Below are positions 1 to 8,558 of a stretch of 39,935 bases of DNA, one piece after another (the stretch's first letter is position 1; each line of letters opens with the position of its first letter). This stretch comes from a virus. Lineage: Duplodnaviria > Heunggongvirae > Uroviricota > Caudoviricetes. The translations under genes were made by a program, and so were the position numbers. The notes under the pieces were generated by a model, which worked only from the letters and a program-made list of their open reading frames with translations, was not told the origin of the DNA and ran no database searches. The stretch is from the IMG/VR virus record IMGVR_UViG_2711768011_000006. One strand, 5' to 3'.

Positions 1-306
1 CTCTCGTCTGGGGAATATCTCCCCGGCAGCCTTCAGGGAAAAATATCATCAGATGGCTGCTTAAAAAAAGAACAAATGGTAGTGTCCGCTATTGCCAGTA
101 CACCTCAGCTATTACCTTCTTCAGAGAGCCCCCAGCTACTTCCTGTGACTCTCGATGCAGCTGCCGAACAGCCAGAATCGCTCGCAGAGGACCCGAAAAC
201 CCTCAGTATCAGCTGTGAGGTAACGTTCCGGCACGGGACGCTCCGCTTCAATGGCAATGTCAGCGAAAAGCTCCTGACTCTGCTGATACAGGAACTGAAG
301 CGATGA
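1..306 (+). CDS. tnpA: IS66-family accessory protein TnpA (orf1), 5'-partial; reading frame is open from the window edge
   Basis: Frame is open from nt 1 with no stop. The stop overlaps the downstream start (ATGA at 303-306), as is typical for IS66 orf1/orf2. Identity rests mainly on position upstream of a recognisable IS66 orf2. Confidence 0.55.
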   Translation, partial: LSSGEYLPGSLQGKISSDGCLKKEQMVVSAIASTPQLLPSSESPQLLPVTLDAAAEQPESLAEDPKTLSISCEVTFRHGTLRFNGNVSEKLLTLLIQELKR

Positions 307-626
307 TCCCGTTACCTTCCGGGATCAAAATTTGGCTGGTTGCCGGTATCACCGATATGAGAAATGGCTTCAACGGCCTGGCTGCGAAAGTACAGACGGC
401 GCTGAAAGACGATCCCATGTCCGGCCATGTTTTCATTTTCCGGGGCCGCAGCGGCAGTCAGGTTAAACTGCTGTGGTCCACCAGTGACGGACTGTGCCTC
501 CTGACCAAACGGCTGGAGCGTGGGCGCTTCGCCTGGCCGTCAGCCCGTGATGGCAAAGTGTTCCTTACACAGGCGCAGCTGGCGATGCTGCTGGAAGGTA
601 TCGACTGGCGACATATAACCAGGTGA
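303..626 (+). CDS. tnpB: IS66-family TnpB (orf2); C-terminus altered and terminated at the prophage junction
   Basis: Translation MIPLPSGIKIWLVAGITDMRNGFNGLAAKV...FIFRGRSGSQVKLLWSTSDGLCLLTKRLERGRFAWP matches the conserved IS66 Orf2 pattern. The ORF ends ...DWRHITR with a TGA at 624-626, directly abutting the Mu-like end repeats. Confidence 0.85.
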   Translation: MIPLPSGIKIWLVAGITDMRNGFNGLAAKVQTALKDDPMSGHVFIFRGRSGSQVKLLWSTSDGLCLLTKRLERGRFAWPSARDGKVFLTQAQLAMLLEGIDWRHITR

Positions 627-629
627 ATC

Positions 630-787
630 ATTTGATACCGACAAGGGGTTTAGTGAAAGGAGGTGAAATCACCTGTAAGATACTGAAATAAAACAGGTGA
701 TGGCTAGATGTGCGGATAAGGTCTATTTGATACCGATTGTGCAATAATTAGTCATTTATTATAAAATCGGCAACTCATTTGATACTG
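630..787 (+). repeat. attL-like transposase-binding repeats (three direct copies of ATTTGATAC(C/T)G at 630-641, 725-736, 777-787)
   Basis: Three near-identical 11-12 bp motifs spaced 95 and 52 bp apart, comparable to Mu L1/L2/L3 spacing. The reverse complement of the same motif occurs at the right end (39165-39176, 39198-39204). Confidence 0.6.
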
Positions 788-859
788 TGGTTTTAGTCTT
801 TTAAGGCGTTCCAAACAATGCGAAATACTCGATATAGTGCAAAATGCGGGCTAATGCTA

Positions 860-1405
860 TTAACCCGCTTTTGGTTCTACCGCGTTAGATTTGCGACTTC
901 TCTCAGTTTCTTCCAAAATCTCTCTGACGCGTTCGTCAGACATACCTTCAAGCTGTAATGCAGCTATTCTTTTCCTTCCTTCTAAGCGGATTAGATCTTG
1001 ATTTTCAGGCTCTAACAACCGAGCTAAGTACTTGGCTCCATTCAGAACCAAATTTTTCGATAGCTGCTCTAAGTCTTTTTCATCAAGTGCGCTGATAATC
1101 GTCATAATTATCTTCTTGCTTTCATCTTGATTTTCCTTGATCTCACACCGATTCACTTGTGATGCATCACTGAATCCACATAGCCACTCAACACTTACTC
1201 CTTCGATAGACGCAATCTGAAGGGCGACACTTAAGGATGGCTCAGTGCCACGAGACAGATAATTGTTTAGTGTTGAAAATGAAAGCCCCCAATCTCTTGC
1301 TGCAGCTCTGACGCTGCGGGAGCCAATCAGCCTTTTCAGACGCTCAGCAATGCTTTCTTTTCTACCACCAGGAAAAGAAAGAGATGTTGTTGTTTGCTTG
1401 TTCAT
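860..1405 (-). CDS. Putative prophage repressor (Mu c-like position), HTH DNA-binding protein
   Basis: 181-aa ORF divergent from ner/A/B at the left end. N-terminal HTH-like segment (SVRAAARDWGLSFSTLNNYLSRG). ATG start with the divergent operator region upstream. Confidence 0.6.
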   Translation of the reverse strand: MNKQTTTSLSFPGGRKESIAERLKRLIGSRSVRAAARDWGLSFSTLNNYLSRGTEPSLSVALQIASIEGVSVEWLCGFSDASQVNRCEIKENQDESKKIIMTIISALDEKDLEQLSKNLVLNGAKYLARLLEPENQDLIRLEGRKRIAALQLEGMSDERVREILEETERSRKSNAVEPKAG

Positions 1406-1590
1406 TTTCTTTTCTTCCTATCAATTTGAAATTATTAACTTTTAGTGTTGTCAGCAACCATTGATCCACAATAGACAAAAGAAAGATGTTTTTTTTGCTT
1501 TACATGAAGCAGAAGTGGATCAATACTTATATCAAACTTGATAACTAAGTTTAGTTATCAAATTTCGTAACTTTTTAGGATAGATGAATC
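1406..1590. promoter_or_regulatory. Divergent early promoter/operator region between repressor and ner
   Basis: AT-rich 185-bp intergenic region. Contains a 24-bp near-perfect palindrome TTGATAACTAAGTTTAGTTATCAA (1538-1561), an inverted pair ATTGATCCAC (1460-1469) / GTGGATCAAT (1516-1525), and a sigma70-like TTTACA (1499-1504). Confidence 0.5.
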
Positions 1591-1821
1591 ATGGCGAGAA
1601 ATGAAGTTAAGCCTGATTGGCATCCTCAAAGAATTTTGGGGGAAGTCAGAGCCAGAGAAGGAAGCATGAGGGCGCTGGCCCGTAAAGCTGGCGTGGGTCA
1701 GAACAATCTGTACAACGCGGTATACCGCCATGTTCCCAAGTATGAGGGGATTATCGCGGAATGCCTGGGGGTGCCGCCCGAGGAGATTTGGCCCAGCCGC
1801 TACATTCGTAAGGTCGCGTAA
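1591..1821 (+). CDS. ner: Ner-like DNA-binding early regulator
   Basis: 76 aa, first gene of the rightward early operon. Contains the Ner-type C-terminal motif EEIWPSRY and a DWH motif near the N-terminus. Confidence 0.85.
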   Translation: MARNEVKPDWHPQRILGEVRAREGSMRALARKAGVGQNNLYNAVYRHVPKYEGIIAECLGVPPEEIWPSRYIRKVA

Positions 1822-1823
1822 TT

Positions 1824-3911
1824 ATGTTTGCTTCAGTTAAAGAACTGGTTGGATTACCGGGGATGCCGGGAACGGAGCAAGGCGTTCGCTATTCAATCAG
1901 GAAGTATGCAACCAGCGAAACCAGCAGACGCCGCAAGAAAGGCGCTAAAGGTTTTGAATACAGCATTGACTGTTTACCTGAAGTGACACAGCAGGCATTA
2001 CGCGAACGTTATGCCCTGCAACTGATGACGCAAAAAGCCGATGAATCACCGGCTCCGGTGGTGACAAAGGCCAGACGCTCGTCTGCCGTGGTTGATGCGG
2101 TGGAGGCATATCGCGGATCACCACAACTGATGGTCGAACGCCTCAATGCCCTGACTGAAAACCAGCGCCAGGTGGCAGACGCACGCATTGCGATCGTCAG
2201 TGAGGTGCTGAAATTCACGCAACAACCCGGTTTCAGCTGCGCTAAAGCTATCCGGTTCCTCGTTAACAGCCTGGCACGATCACAACTGGACGAGCGCATT
2301 GTGGCAATGGTTGAGACGGCGAACGCCAAAAAGGGAAACAGCCGCGCGTTGAGTGAAATCACGCTGAAACGCTGGATTGCGGCCTTTAACAAGGCACAGA
2401 ACGCCGCTGAACGCCTGCTTTTACTGGCACCGGGTAAACGCCAGGAAATAAAAGCCGAAGATATTAACTGGCTGCCCGAATTTCTGGCGCAGTATCGCCA
2501 GTCAAACGGCCGACCAATGACCGAGGCTTACGAGGATTTTGTTGCTGAATGGCAGCACCGGCACGCTGATGAGCCTTATATGCTCGATATCATGCCCTCT
2601 TATGACACCATTCGCCGCGCAATGAAGAAACTGCCGGAAGTGGTGAAACAAAAAGGCCGGGTAACTGGCAGTGAATACCGTCAGCTTGAGGGATTCACGC
2701 GCCGCGACTGGTCCAGAATGCCGGTGAATTATGTCTGGATTGGTGACGGTCACGGCATGAAGCTGAAATGCGCGCACCCGGTTCACGGGCGGCCATTCGC
2801 ACCGGAAGTGACCTTTGTTATCGACGGTGGCACGCGCTTTGTGGTGGGCTGGAGCCTTGACCTGGCTGAAAATGTTTTCGCCGTAGCCGGTGCCATACAG
2901 CACGGTATTCGCCATCATGGCAAACCGTTTCTGTATTACTCGGATAATGGCTCCGGGGAAACCGCCGACGTCCTGGATAAGGAGATTGTGGGGATACTGC
3001 CACGACTGGGGATTAATCACCCGACAGGGATTGCCGGTAATCCGCAGGGACGGGGCATTATCGAACGGCTTAACCGCACATTACCGATGCGCATAGCCCG
3101 TAAATACCGCACCTATTTCGGGAAAGGAGCAGATCGCGAGACGTTACGTAAAACCAACCGCGATTTACGCTCGGCATTCAGTGCCCTGCAACAGGGCAAA
3201 CGGCTGAACGCCCGGCAGCAGTCAGCGATGCGTGATTTACCGTCCTGGTCTGAACTGATTGATGCCATTCGTGACGGTGTTGAGTGGTACAACAACCGGC
3301 CGCACGATGAATTACCCATGAAGCCGAACGGTAAACATTACAGCCCGGCGGAGTTCAGAAAAAAACGCCTGGCGGAAGAGGACACGGAAATTGAATGGCT
3401 GTCCGATGTTGAACTGCGGGATATGTTCCGGCCGATGGTGGAGCGCCCTGTAAGACGCTGTGAAATACGCTGGCTGAATAATATTTACTACGCGCCCGAG
3501 CTGCGTGACGAGCATGGCCGTAAGGTACTTATCAGCTATGACATTCATGATGCCGAACGAATTACCGTGCGCCGCCCGGATGGCAGCGTGATTTGCGAGG
3601 CGGTATGGGACGGCAATAAACGCGAAGCCTTCCCTGTCAGCGCGGAATACTACAAACAGCAGCAGCGCCTTAAAGGCATGCGTAAACGCGCAGAGGAAAA
3701 AATCCGTGATGCCGAGGATGAGGTTGTCAACGTGCTGGAGCACAAGCCGCAGGAGCCCTGGCTGGAAAACATATACCGCCCTGTGGGTAATACGGTGACC
3801 GTTCAGCAACCGGTCGCTGACGATGAACCTGATGAAGAATACGAGCGTAATTTCCAGCGGGGATTGCAACTGCTCGAAGCGAAATTAAAAGAAAGTGATC
3901 CGCTGGCCTGA
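1824..3911 (+). CDS. A: Mu-type DDE transposase A
   Basis: 695 aa directly after ner. Central catalytic core resembles MuA (WIGDGHG...YYSDNGSGE...GNPQGRGIIERLNRT). Size and position match MuA. Confidence 0.95.
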   Translation: MFASVKELVGLPGMPGTEQGVRYSIRKYATSETSRRRKKGAKGFEYSIDCLPEVTQQALRERYALQLMTQKADESPAPVVTKARRSSAVVDAVEAYRGSPQLMVERLNALTENQRQVADARIAIVSEVLKFTQQPGFSCAKAIRFLVNSLARSQLDERIVAMVETANAKKGNSRALSEITLKRWIAAFNKAQNAAERLLLLAPGKRQEIKAEDINWLPEFLAQYRQSNGRPMTEAYEDFVAEWQHRHADEPYMLDIMPSYDTIRRAMKKLPEVVKQKGRVTGSEYRQLEGFTRRDWSRMPVNYVWIGDGHGMKLKCAHPVHGRPFAPEVTFVIDGGTRFVVGWSLDLAENVFAVAGAIQHGIRHHGKPFLYYSDNGSGETADVLDKEIVGILPRLGINHPTGIAGNPQGRGIIERLNRTLPMRIARKYRTYFGKGADRETLRKTNRDLRSAFSALQQGKRLNARQQSAMRDLPSWSELIDAIRDGVEWYNNRPHDELPMKPNGKHYSPAEFRKKRLAEEDTEIEWLSDVELRDMFRPMVERPVRRCEIRWLNNIYYAPELRDEHGRKVLISYDIHDAERITVRRPDGSVICEAVWDGNKREAFPVSAEYYKQQQRLKGMRKRAEEKIRDAEDEVVNVLEHKPQEPWLENIYRPVGNTVTVQQPVADDEPDEEYERNFQRGLQLLEAKLKESDPLA

Positions 3912-3984
3912 AATAAAAAAATAACCCGAGGGGTGACTCAGGTTATTTGAGGTTTCAGTCTCGGAGAATGCTGTCTCAAGCGAG

Positions 3985-4926
3985 GTGAATAATATGACCG
4001 ATATTAACGATGTAATCAAGACCATTGATGAACTTATTGATGGCGGCGTACTGACGCAGTATGCCATCGCCAGAGAGGCGGGAATTTCCGACGGCACATT
4101 ATCGGCTTTCCGTAAGGGAAAATATAAAGGCGATAACGCTGCTGTGGCTGCTTCCCTGCGCTCCTGGTATGAGAACTGGAATAAACAAAGCGCACTGCCG
4201 GAACCGCCGCAGTTTGTGGAAACTCAGACAGTCCAGGAGCTGCGCGCACTGTTTCAGGCGGTTCGCCTGATGGGCTGTATTAACGTTATTGTGGGCGTAC
4301 CGGGTGTGGGTAAAACGGCCACTGCCCGTAATTACTGCCAGGAGCAACCAAACACCTGGATGATCACCCTGTCACCCGCGCACTCCAGCGTCACGGAGTG
4401 TCTGCTGGAGCTGGCCGATGCGCTGGGGATTGATTACACCCGCGCGAACAAAGGGGCATTATCCCGCGCCATCCGCCGTCGCCTGATGGGAACGCGTGGA
4501 CTGGTGATTGTGGATGAGGCGGATCATCTTGGTATTGACGGTCTGGAGCAACTCCGGGCAATTCAGGACGCCACGGGGATCGGGATGGTGCTTATTGGTA
4601 ACCCGCGCGGATTGTTTAAAGGTGGACGCCGCGCCTTTGATGATTTATCGCGCCTGTTCAGCCGTCTTGCCCGTACAAAACAACTTCGCAAGGCCAAAAA
4701 GGCGGATGTGCTGGCCATTGCCATGGCGTGGGGGATCAGTGGTGAGGCCGAGCTGGCCGTCATGCAGGCTATCGCTGAAAAGCCGGGAGCGTTACGCGTT
4801 CTGACACATACGCTTAACCAGGCGTGGCTCACCGCCAGCGGTGAAGGCGCGGCGCTGACAGAAAAACATATTAATGCGGCCTTTAAAGAGGTTTATACCA
4901 ACCCTGAATTACTCTCACAGGTGTGA
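3985..4926 (+). CDS. B: Mu B-type transposition ATPase / target DNA activator (GTG start at 3985; alternative ATG at 3994)
   Basis: Walker A motif GVPGVGKT. N-terminal HTH-like region. Strong co-linearity with Mu B (PEPPQFVETQTV, VIVDEADHLG, KPGALRVL). Confidence 0.95.
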   Translation: MNNMTDINDVIKTIDELIDGGVLTQYAIAREAGISDGTLSAFRKGKYKGDNAAVAASLRSWYENWNKQSALPEPPQFVETQTVQELRALFQAVRLMGCINVIVGVPGVGKTATARNYCQEQPNTWMITLSPAHSSVTECLLELADALGIDYTRANKGALSRAIRRRLMGTRGLVIVDEADHLGIDGLEQLRAIQDATGIGMVLIGNPRGLFKGGRRAFDDLSRLFSRLARTKQLRKAKKADVLAIAMAWGISGEAELAVMQAIAEKPGALRVLTHTLNQAWLTASGEGAALTEKHINAAFKEVYTNPELLSQV

Positions 4927-4928
4927 TT

Positions 4929-5150
4929 ATGGCGGTATTTAATATTCCTGATATTTACGGACGCTTTTACCTGGTTAATTTCGATAACGTGAAGGTGATT
5001 TCACTGGCCGAAAATAAAGAATGTGGCGATTTACTTTTTGAATTTAATGACCGCACACGAATGGTGATATCTGCCGGACTTGATCGCGAAGGTGCGACAG
5101 AAGTTTACAGCGGAATATGCCGTTCTGTTGGTGCGAAACAAGTCAGCTAA
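4929..5150 (+). CDS. Hypothetical small early protein (kil-region position)
   Basis: ATG at 4929 just after the B stop; 73 aa. Position corresponds to the Mu semi-essential early region. Confidence 0.45.
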   Translation: MAVFNIPDIYGRFYLVNFDNVKVISLAENKECGDLLFEFNDRTRMVISAGLDREGATEVYSGICRSVGAKQVS

Positions 5151-5162
5151 ATGAGGTGTTAT

Positions 5163-5417
5163 ATGAATATGCAATCCTGCGGTAACAAAATGAATTTATT
5201 CGACTCCCTGAACAGCGCGCGCCGTCTGACCGAACTTGCCGGTGCGGTACTGGAACGCAGTAAGCGCTATCCGCAACGTTTTGCACTGAAAACCACGCCG
5301 CCGGTAGGCAACGTGCAGGGAACCGGTGAAATTGAAATCACCATACAGACCAACGGCCTGCGCCGCCGTGTGAAGGCCACCCGCATCAGCGGCTGCACGG
5401 TTTACTGGGAGGTGTGA
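5163..5417 (+). CDS. Hypothetical small early protein
   Basis: ATG at 5163 preceded by GAGG (5153-5156); 84 aa. In-frame alternative ATG at 5151. Confidence 0.4.
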   Translation: MNMQSCGNKMNLFDSLNSARRLTELAGAVLERSKRYPQRFALKTTPPVGNVQGTGEIEITIQTNGLRRRVKATRISGCTVYWEV

Positions 5418-5418
5418 G

Positions 5419-5700
5419 GTGAAAAAAAATCTCATTGCATGGGCGTGGTCGAGTGGTCTTATTGAGTTTGGTTACGTCCTGCCGGAAGGTGCATTGCCGA
5501 TAGTTGCCGGAAAGCCTGCCACGGTACGGCATGTGATTGAGGTTATGGCGCGTCATGGACGTGATGAACAGGAGCAGTTACTGGTTCCGGGGATACCGGA
5601 AGCGGTGACGGAGGAAGAAGCCTTTAATGCCATGATTCGGTTCTGCCGTGAGGTTAGACGCCGGGTCAGTTATCCAAACAGAACGAGGACCAGAGGATGA
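5419..5700 (+). CDS. Hypothetical small early protein
   Basis: 93-aa ORF with GTG start, tightly packed (overlaps next gene by 4 nt). Confidence 0.45.
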   Translation: MKKNLIAWAWSSGLIEFGYVLPEGALPIVAGKPATVRHVIEVMARHGRDEQEQLLVPGIPEAVTEEEAFNAMIRFCREVRRRVSYPNRTRTRG

Positions 5701-5969
5701 GTAAAGTCGTACGCATTATTTTCGAATACAAGGAAGATGTTATCTGCAAAAACTCTGATGGCAGCACGCACAGAGGGGTAAGTCTGGATATACGTTCAAC
5801 CGGAATAAAGAAGAAAGATAATGGACCCGCCATGATTTTTGGGGTGGTTATGCTGGCAGAAAGCAGAAACTTCGCAGAGTTTGTGGCAATGAAAGCCAGT
5901 GCATTCATGAAAGACAGAGGCATGGCTTCCGGGGTTATTAACGGTAATGAATTTAATCAACAGGGGTAA
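5697..5969 (+). CDS. Hypothetical small early protein (paralog 1, starts MSKVVRIIFEY)
   Basis: ATG with upstream GAGGACCAGAGG. N-terminus is similar to the next ORF (MSKVRVIFEF). Confidence 0.5.
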   Translation: MSKVVRIIFEYKEDVICKNSDGSTHRGVSLDIRSTGIKKKDNGPAMIFGVVMLAESRNFAEFVAMKASAFMKDRGMASGVINGNEFNQQG

Positions 5970-5973
5970 TTCC

Positions 5974-6267
5974 ATGAGCAAAGTACGCGTTATTTTTGAA
6001 TTTAATCATGTTTCGCATGACGAAAAGTTGGCAGGCAATGACTGTGTTGAAGTGCATGAAAAGATTGGAGTGGATGTGAAAACAGAACGTGATACGGATA
6101 ACAGGCCGACGTCACTCTGTGACGTTTATGCAAGTATTCTCCAGTATCACAGTCCTGCAATTATTCAGTTTCTCTCAGCGGAATTTCAGGCATCTGCACA
6201 GTCTTTTGGAGCGGATGCCATCATTAAACGCCACCGCGTGCATAAAGCATCAGGCACACTGCAATAA
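5974..6267 (+). CDS. Hypothetical small early protein (paralog 2, starts MSKVRVIFEF)
   Basis: ATG at 5974 preceded by AGGGGT. N-terminal similarity to the upstream ORF suggests tandem duplication. Confidence 0.5.
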   Translation: MSKVRVIFEFNHVSHDEKLAGNDCVEVHEKIGVDVKTERDTDNRPTSLCDVYASILQYHSPAIIQFLSAEFQASAQSFGADAIIKRHRVHKASGTLQ

Positions 6268-6278
6268 GGAAAAACAAA

Positions 6279-6809
6279 ATGGCTAAACGCGTTACAAAAT
6301 TAAAGGCCGCAGCCGAGGCGGCACCGCAGACCCGGGAAGAAGTCAGCCGTGATATCCGCACCCTGGGAGATATTCAGCGAGAGGCGCTGCGCCTGGAAAC
6401 GGCGATGAATGACGAAGTGGCAGAAATCACCGCCCGTTATACGCCGCAGATTGAAAATCTTAAAAAGCAAATCAAAGTGCTTTTTAAAGGGATTCAGGAC
6501 TGGTGCAAAACCAACCGTGATGAGCTGACGAACGGCGGCAAAACCAAAACAGCCAATCTGACCACCGGAACGGTGTCATGGCGGCTGGGAACGCCATCAT
6601 GCAGCGTCAGCCGTGATGTGGAAGGTGTGATTGAAATGCTGCGCCGTATGGGGCTTGAGCGTTTCATCCGCACGAAAGAGGAAGTGAACAAGGAAGCCGT
6701 CCTGGCGGAGCCGGATGCTGTGAAAGGCATTGCCGGTATCAAGGTGAATAAAGGCGCTGAAAGTTTTTATGTCGAGCCTTTTGAACAGGACGCCGGACTG
6801 AATAAATAA
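6279..6809 (+). CDS. gam: Gam-like host-nuclease inhibitor (Ku-like DNA end-binding protein)
   Basis: 176 aa. Strong co-linearity with Mu Gam (LRLETAMNDEVAEIT, NRDELTNGGKTKTANLTTGTVSWR, RFIRTKEEVNKEA, PFEQDAG). Confidence 0.9.
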   Translation: MAKRVTKLKAAAEAAPQTREEVSRDIRTLGDIQREALRLETAMNDEVAEITARYTPQIENLKKQIKVLFKGIQDWCKTNRDELTNGGKTKTANLTTGTVSWRLGTPSCSVSRDVEGVIEMLRRMGLERFIRTKEEVNKEAVLAEPDAVKGIAGIKVNKGAESFYVEPFEQDAGLNK

Positions 6810-6954
6810 CACCGCATTAATCAATTAAATATCACTTCATTTTAATTATGGCGCTCGCGTCAGGGGACTGCTTGCGCCTGAAAACAGAAAATAAGGGTTA
6901 AGAAATATGAAATACGTTTATATCGTCATTAATAATGTGGTGGGGAAATAAATC

Positions 6955-7488
6955 ATGATTGATGCAAAAGTGCTTGAAGGGGTTAAAAACTGGCTGTGTA
7001 TTTATGGCCGCCTGACCTGCGGTGTACTGGCTGAAAAAATGAATATGCCGCCATCCTCCATGGTTTATTTTCTGCGTGATGCGGTTGATGCAGGCGTGCT
7101 GACGGAATGTAACGGTTTTTATGATATTCCGCGTCCCCGCCCGGTGCAGCCGGTTCGTCGCAAATGCAGCCAGGAATCTGCGGCTGATGATGTTCAGTGG
7201 TGCGGCTTCAGAAAATCCCTGCCATGGATTGAGGGGCATGATATTCCGTCGATGGCGTGGGAATTTGCTCAGGGCGTTCTGACCTGTGAAACCGTTTATG
7301 TGGTGGCTGAAGTTGATGAGCAGGCCATGAAAGAAGGCGTGCCCCAGTTTGTGATGGCGTATATCGACATACGCCTGGGCGTCATTATCTGCGGTTTAAG
7401 CGGCTGGAATATCACTGAACATGTTCTGCGCTACCTGATTGTTGACCGGACAGCAGCGCCTGCCGGGATATCTGCGGAGGTGGCGTAA
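6955..7488 (+). CDS. Hypothetical accessory early protein
   Basis: 177-aa ORF with ATG start. Preceded by a 14-codon mini-ORF (6907-6951) and a 145-bp AT-rich gap. Confidence 0.5.
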   Translation: MIDAKVLEGVKNWLCIYGRLTCGVLAEKMNMPPSSMVYFLRDAVDAGVLTECNGFYDIPRPRPVQPVRRKCSQESAADDVQWCGFRKSLPWIEGHDIPSMAWEFAQGVLTCETVYVVAEVDEQAMKEGVPQFVMAYIDIRLGVIICGLSGWNITEHVLRYLIVDRTAAPAGISAEVA

Positions 7489-8003
7489 TGTTCTTTAAAA
7501 CATCAAACCCTTCCGCGCTGGCTGCGTGGCAAAAATACCAGCAGGACTGCCAGAAAGTTAAGGATGAGGCAAAACGCCTTGAGGCCGTGCTGAATGTTGC
7601 GTGCCGGTCGGTATTTGTATCCGGTATCAGTGGATTTTACTTTAAGGGACTGCGTTTTACGGAGGACAAATATCCTTTTCATCGCGACTTATGGCGAAAA
7701 CCGACTGCGTCGAATGGCTGGAGCTGCACACCGCGCACATCACGTATCCCTAAAACCCTGCGTGTTGCCTCTGATGAACTGAACAGTCTGTGGCGTGAAT
7801 ATTCGCCCGTCACGTATGCCAGAACCGATGCGCTGTTGTTCTGGTTGGGTATTGATTTCTCGGCAATCCTGTTTGGCCCTGTGAAGTGGTTCTGCGTTGA
7901 CGATGTGATTTACCTTCAGTGCGGCGTAAAACCCGCAAAACAGAAAATGACCGAAATACTGTCTGATGAGTTTTATGCTGCTGAAAAGCGAGTCAGGGGG
8001 TGA
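7488..8003 (+). CDS. Hypothetical accessory early protein
   Basis: 171-aa ORF; start overlaps the previous stop. Confidence 0.5.
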   Translation: MFFKTSNPSALAAWQKYQQDCQKVKDEAKRLEAVLNVACRSVFVSGISGFYFKGLRFTEDKYPFHRDLWRKPTASNGWSCTPRTSRIPKTLRVASDELNSLWREYSPVTYARTDALLFWLGIDFSAILFGPVKWFCVDDVIYLQCGVKPAKQKMTEILSDEFYAAEKRVRG

Positions 8004-8006
8004 TGC

Positions 8007-8558
8007 ATGATGAAATTACAACCCATGGGACTAAAAGGTCGCGCCCCCGCTCATGTCCGTCCGTGGACACCTGAAGAAGATGCGCTGCTGATTGCGCTTT
8101 ATTCATCCACCCCGGTTAAGGATATTGCTGCCAGAATAAAAAGAACTGTCTGGGCTGTATATAACCGGACTGGTGTATTGCGCAGTTCATACCCGGAGTT
8201 ACTGAAATATAAACACCCAAGATTTACACCTGATGAAGATAAGTTTATTCGAAAAAATGCCAGAACAATGACCTGCCAGCAAATGGGAGAATATCTCGGA
8301 CGTAATAAAGATTCTGTCAGATGTCGGGCAGGAATGATTGGTGCTGGATTAACAAAGTGCGGAGAGTTACGCCCCGGCACGCGCATATCTGATGATGATG
8401 TACGTCTTATACGTGAGCTGCGTGATTCCGATTACCCACGCCGTCTGTCATTCCGGGAAATTGGCGAAAAGTTTGGAATATCTGAACATTCTGCTCACGC
8501 AGTTTATTACCGTCGCCGGACTGCCGAGGACGCTGTATTACGGGAGTTAACGCCATGA
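8007..8558 (+). CDS. Putative DNA-binding protein with repeated HTH-like modules
   Basis: 183 aa with two similar segments (WTPEEDALLIALYS...TVWAVYNRTG and FTPDEDKFIRKNAR...SVRCRAGMIG) plus a C-terminal HTH-like segment (LSFREIGEKFGISEHSAHAVYYRR). Confidence 0.5.
   Translation: MMKLQPMGLKGRAPAHVRPWTPEEDALLIALYSSTPVKDIAARIKRTVWAVYNRTGVLRSSYPELLKYKHPRFTPDEDKFIRKNARTMTCQQMGEYLGRNKDSVRCRAGMIGAGLTKCGELRPGTRISDDDVRLIRELRDSDYPRRLSFREIGEKFGISEHSAHAVYYRRRTAEDAVLRELTP

Larger units (their letters stand above)
1..626 (+). mobile_element. IS66-family insertion sequence, left portion (tnpA-tnpB), interrupted by prophage insertion
   Basis: tnpA/tnpB pair at the left edge and tnpC 3' end plus IS66-type terminus at 39454-39782. 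The two parts are separated by the Mu-like prophage. Confidence 0.7.

Noticed and set aside
2009-3869. Long antisense ORFs inside the transposase A gene (2009-2392, 2502-3020, 3312-3869 on the minus strand)
   Set aside because: They lie entirely within a high-confidence coding region on the opposite strand and have no ribosome-binding sites or recognisable motifs. They are typical shadow ORFs of GC-rich coding DNA.
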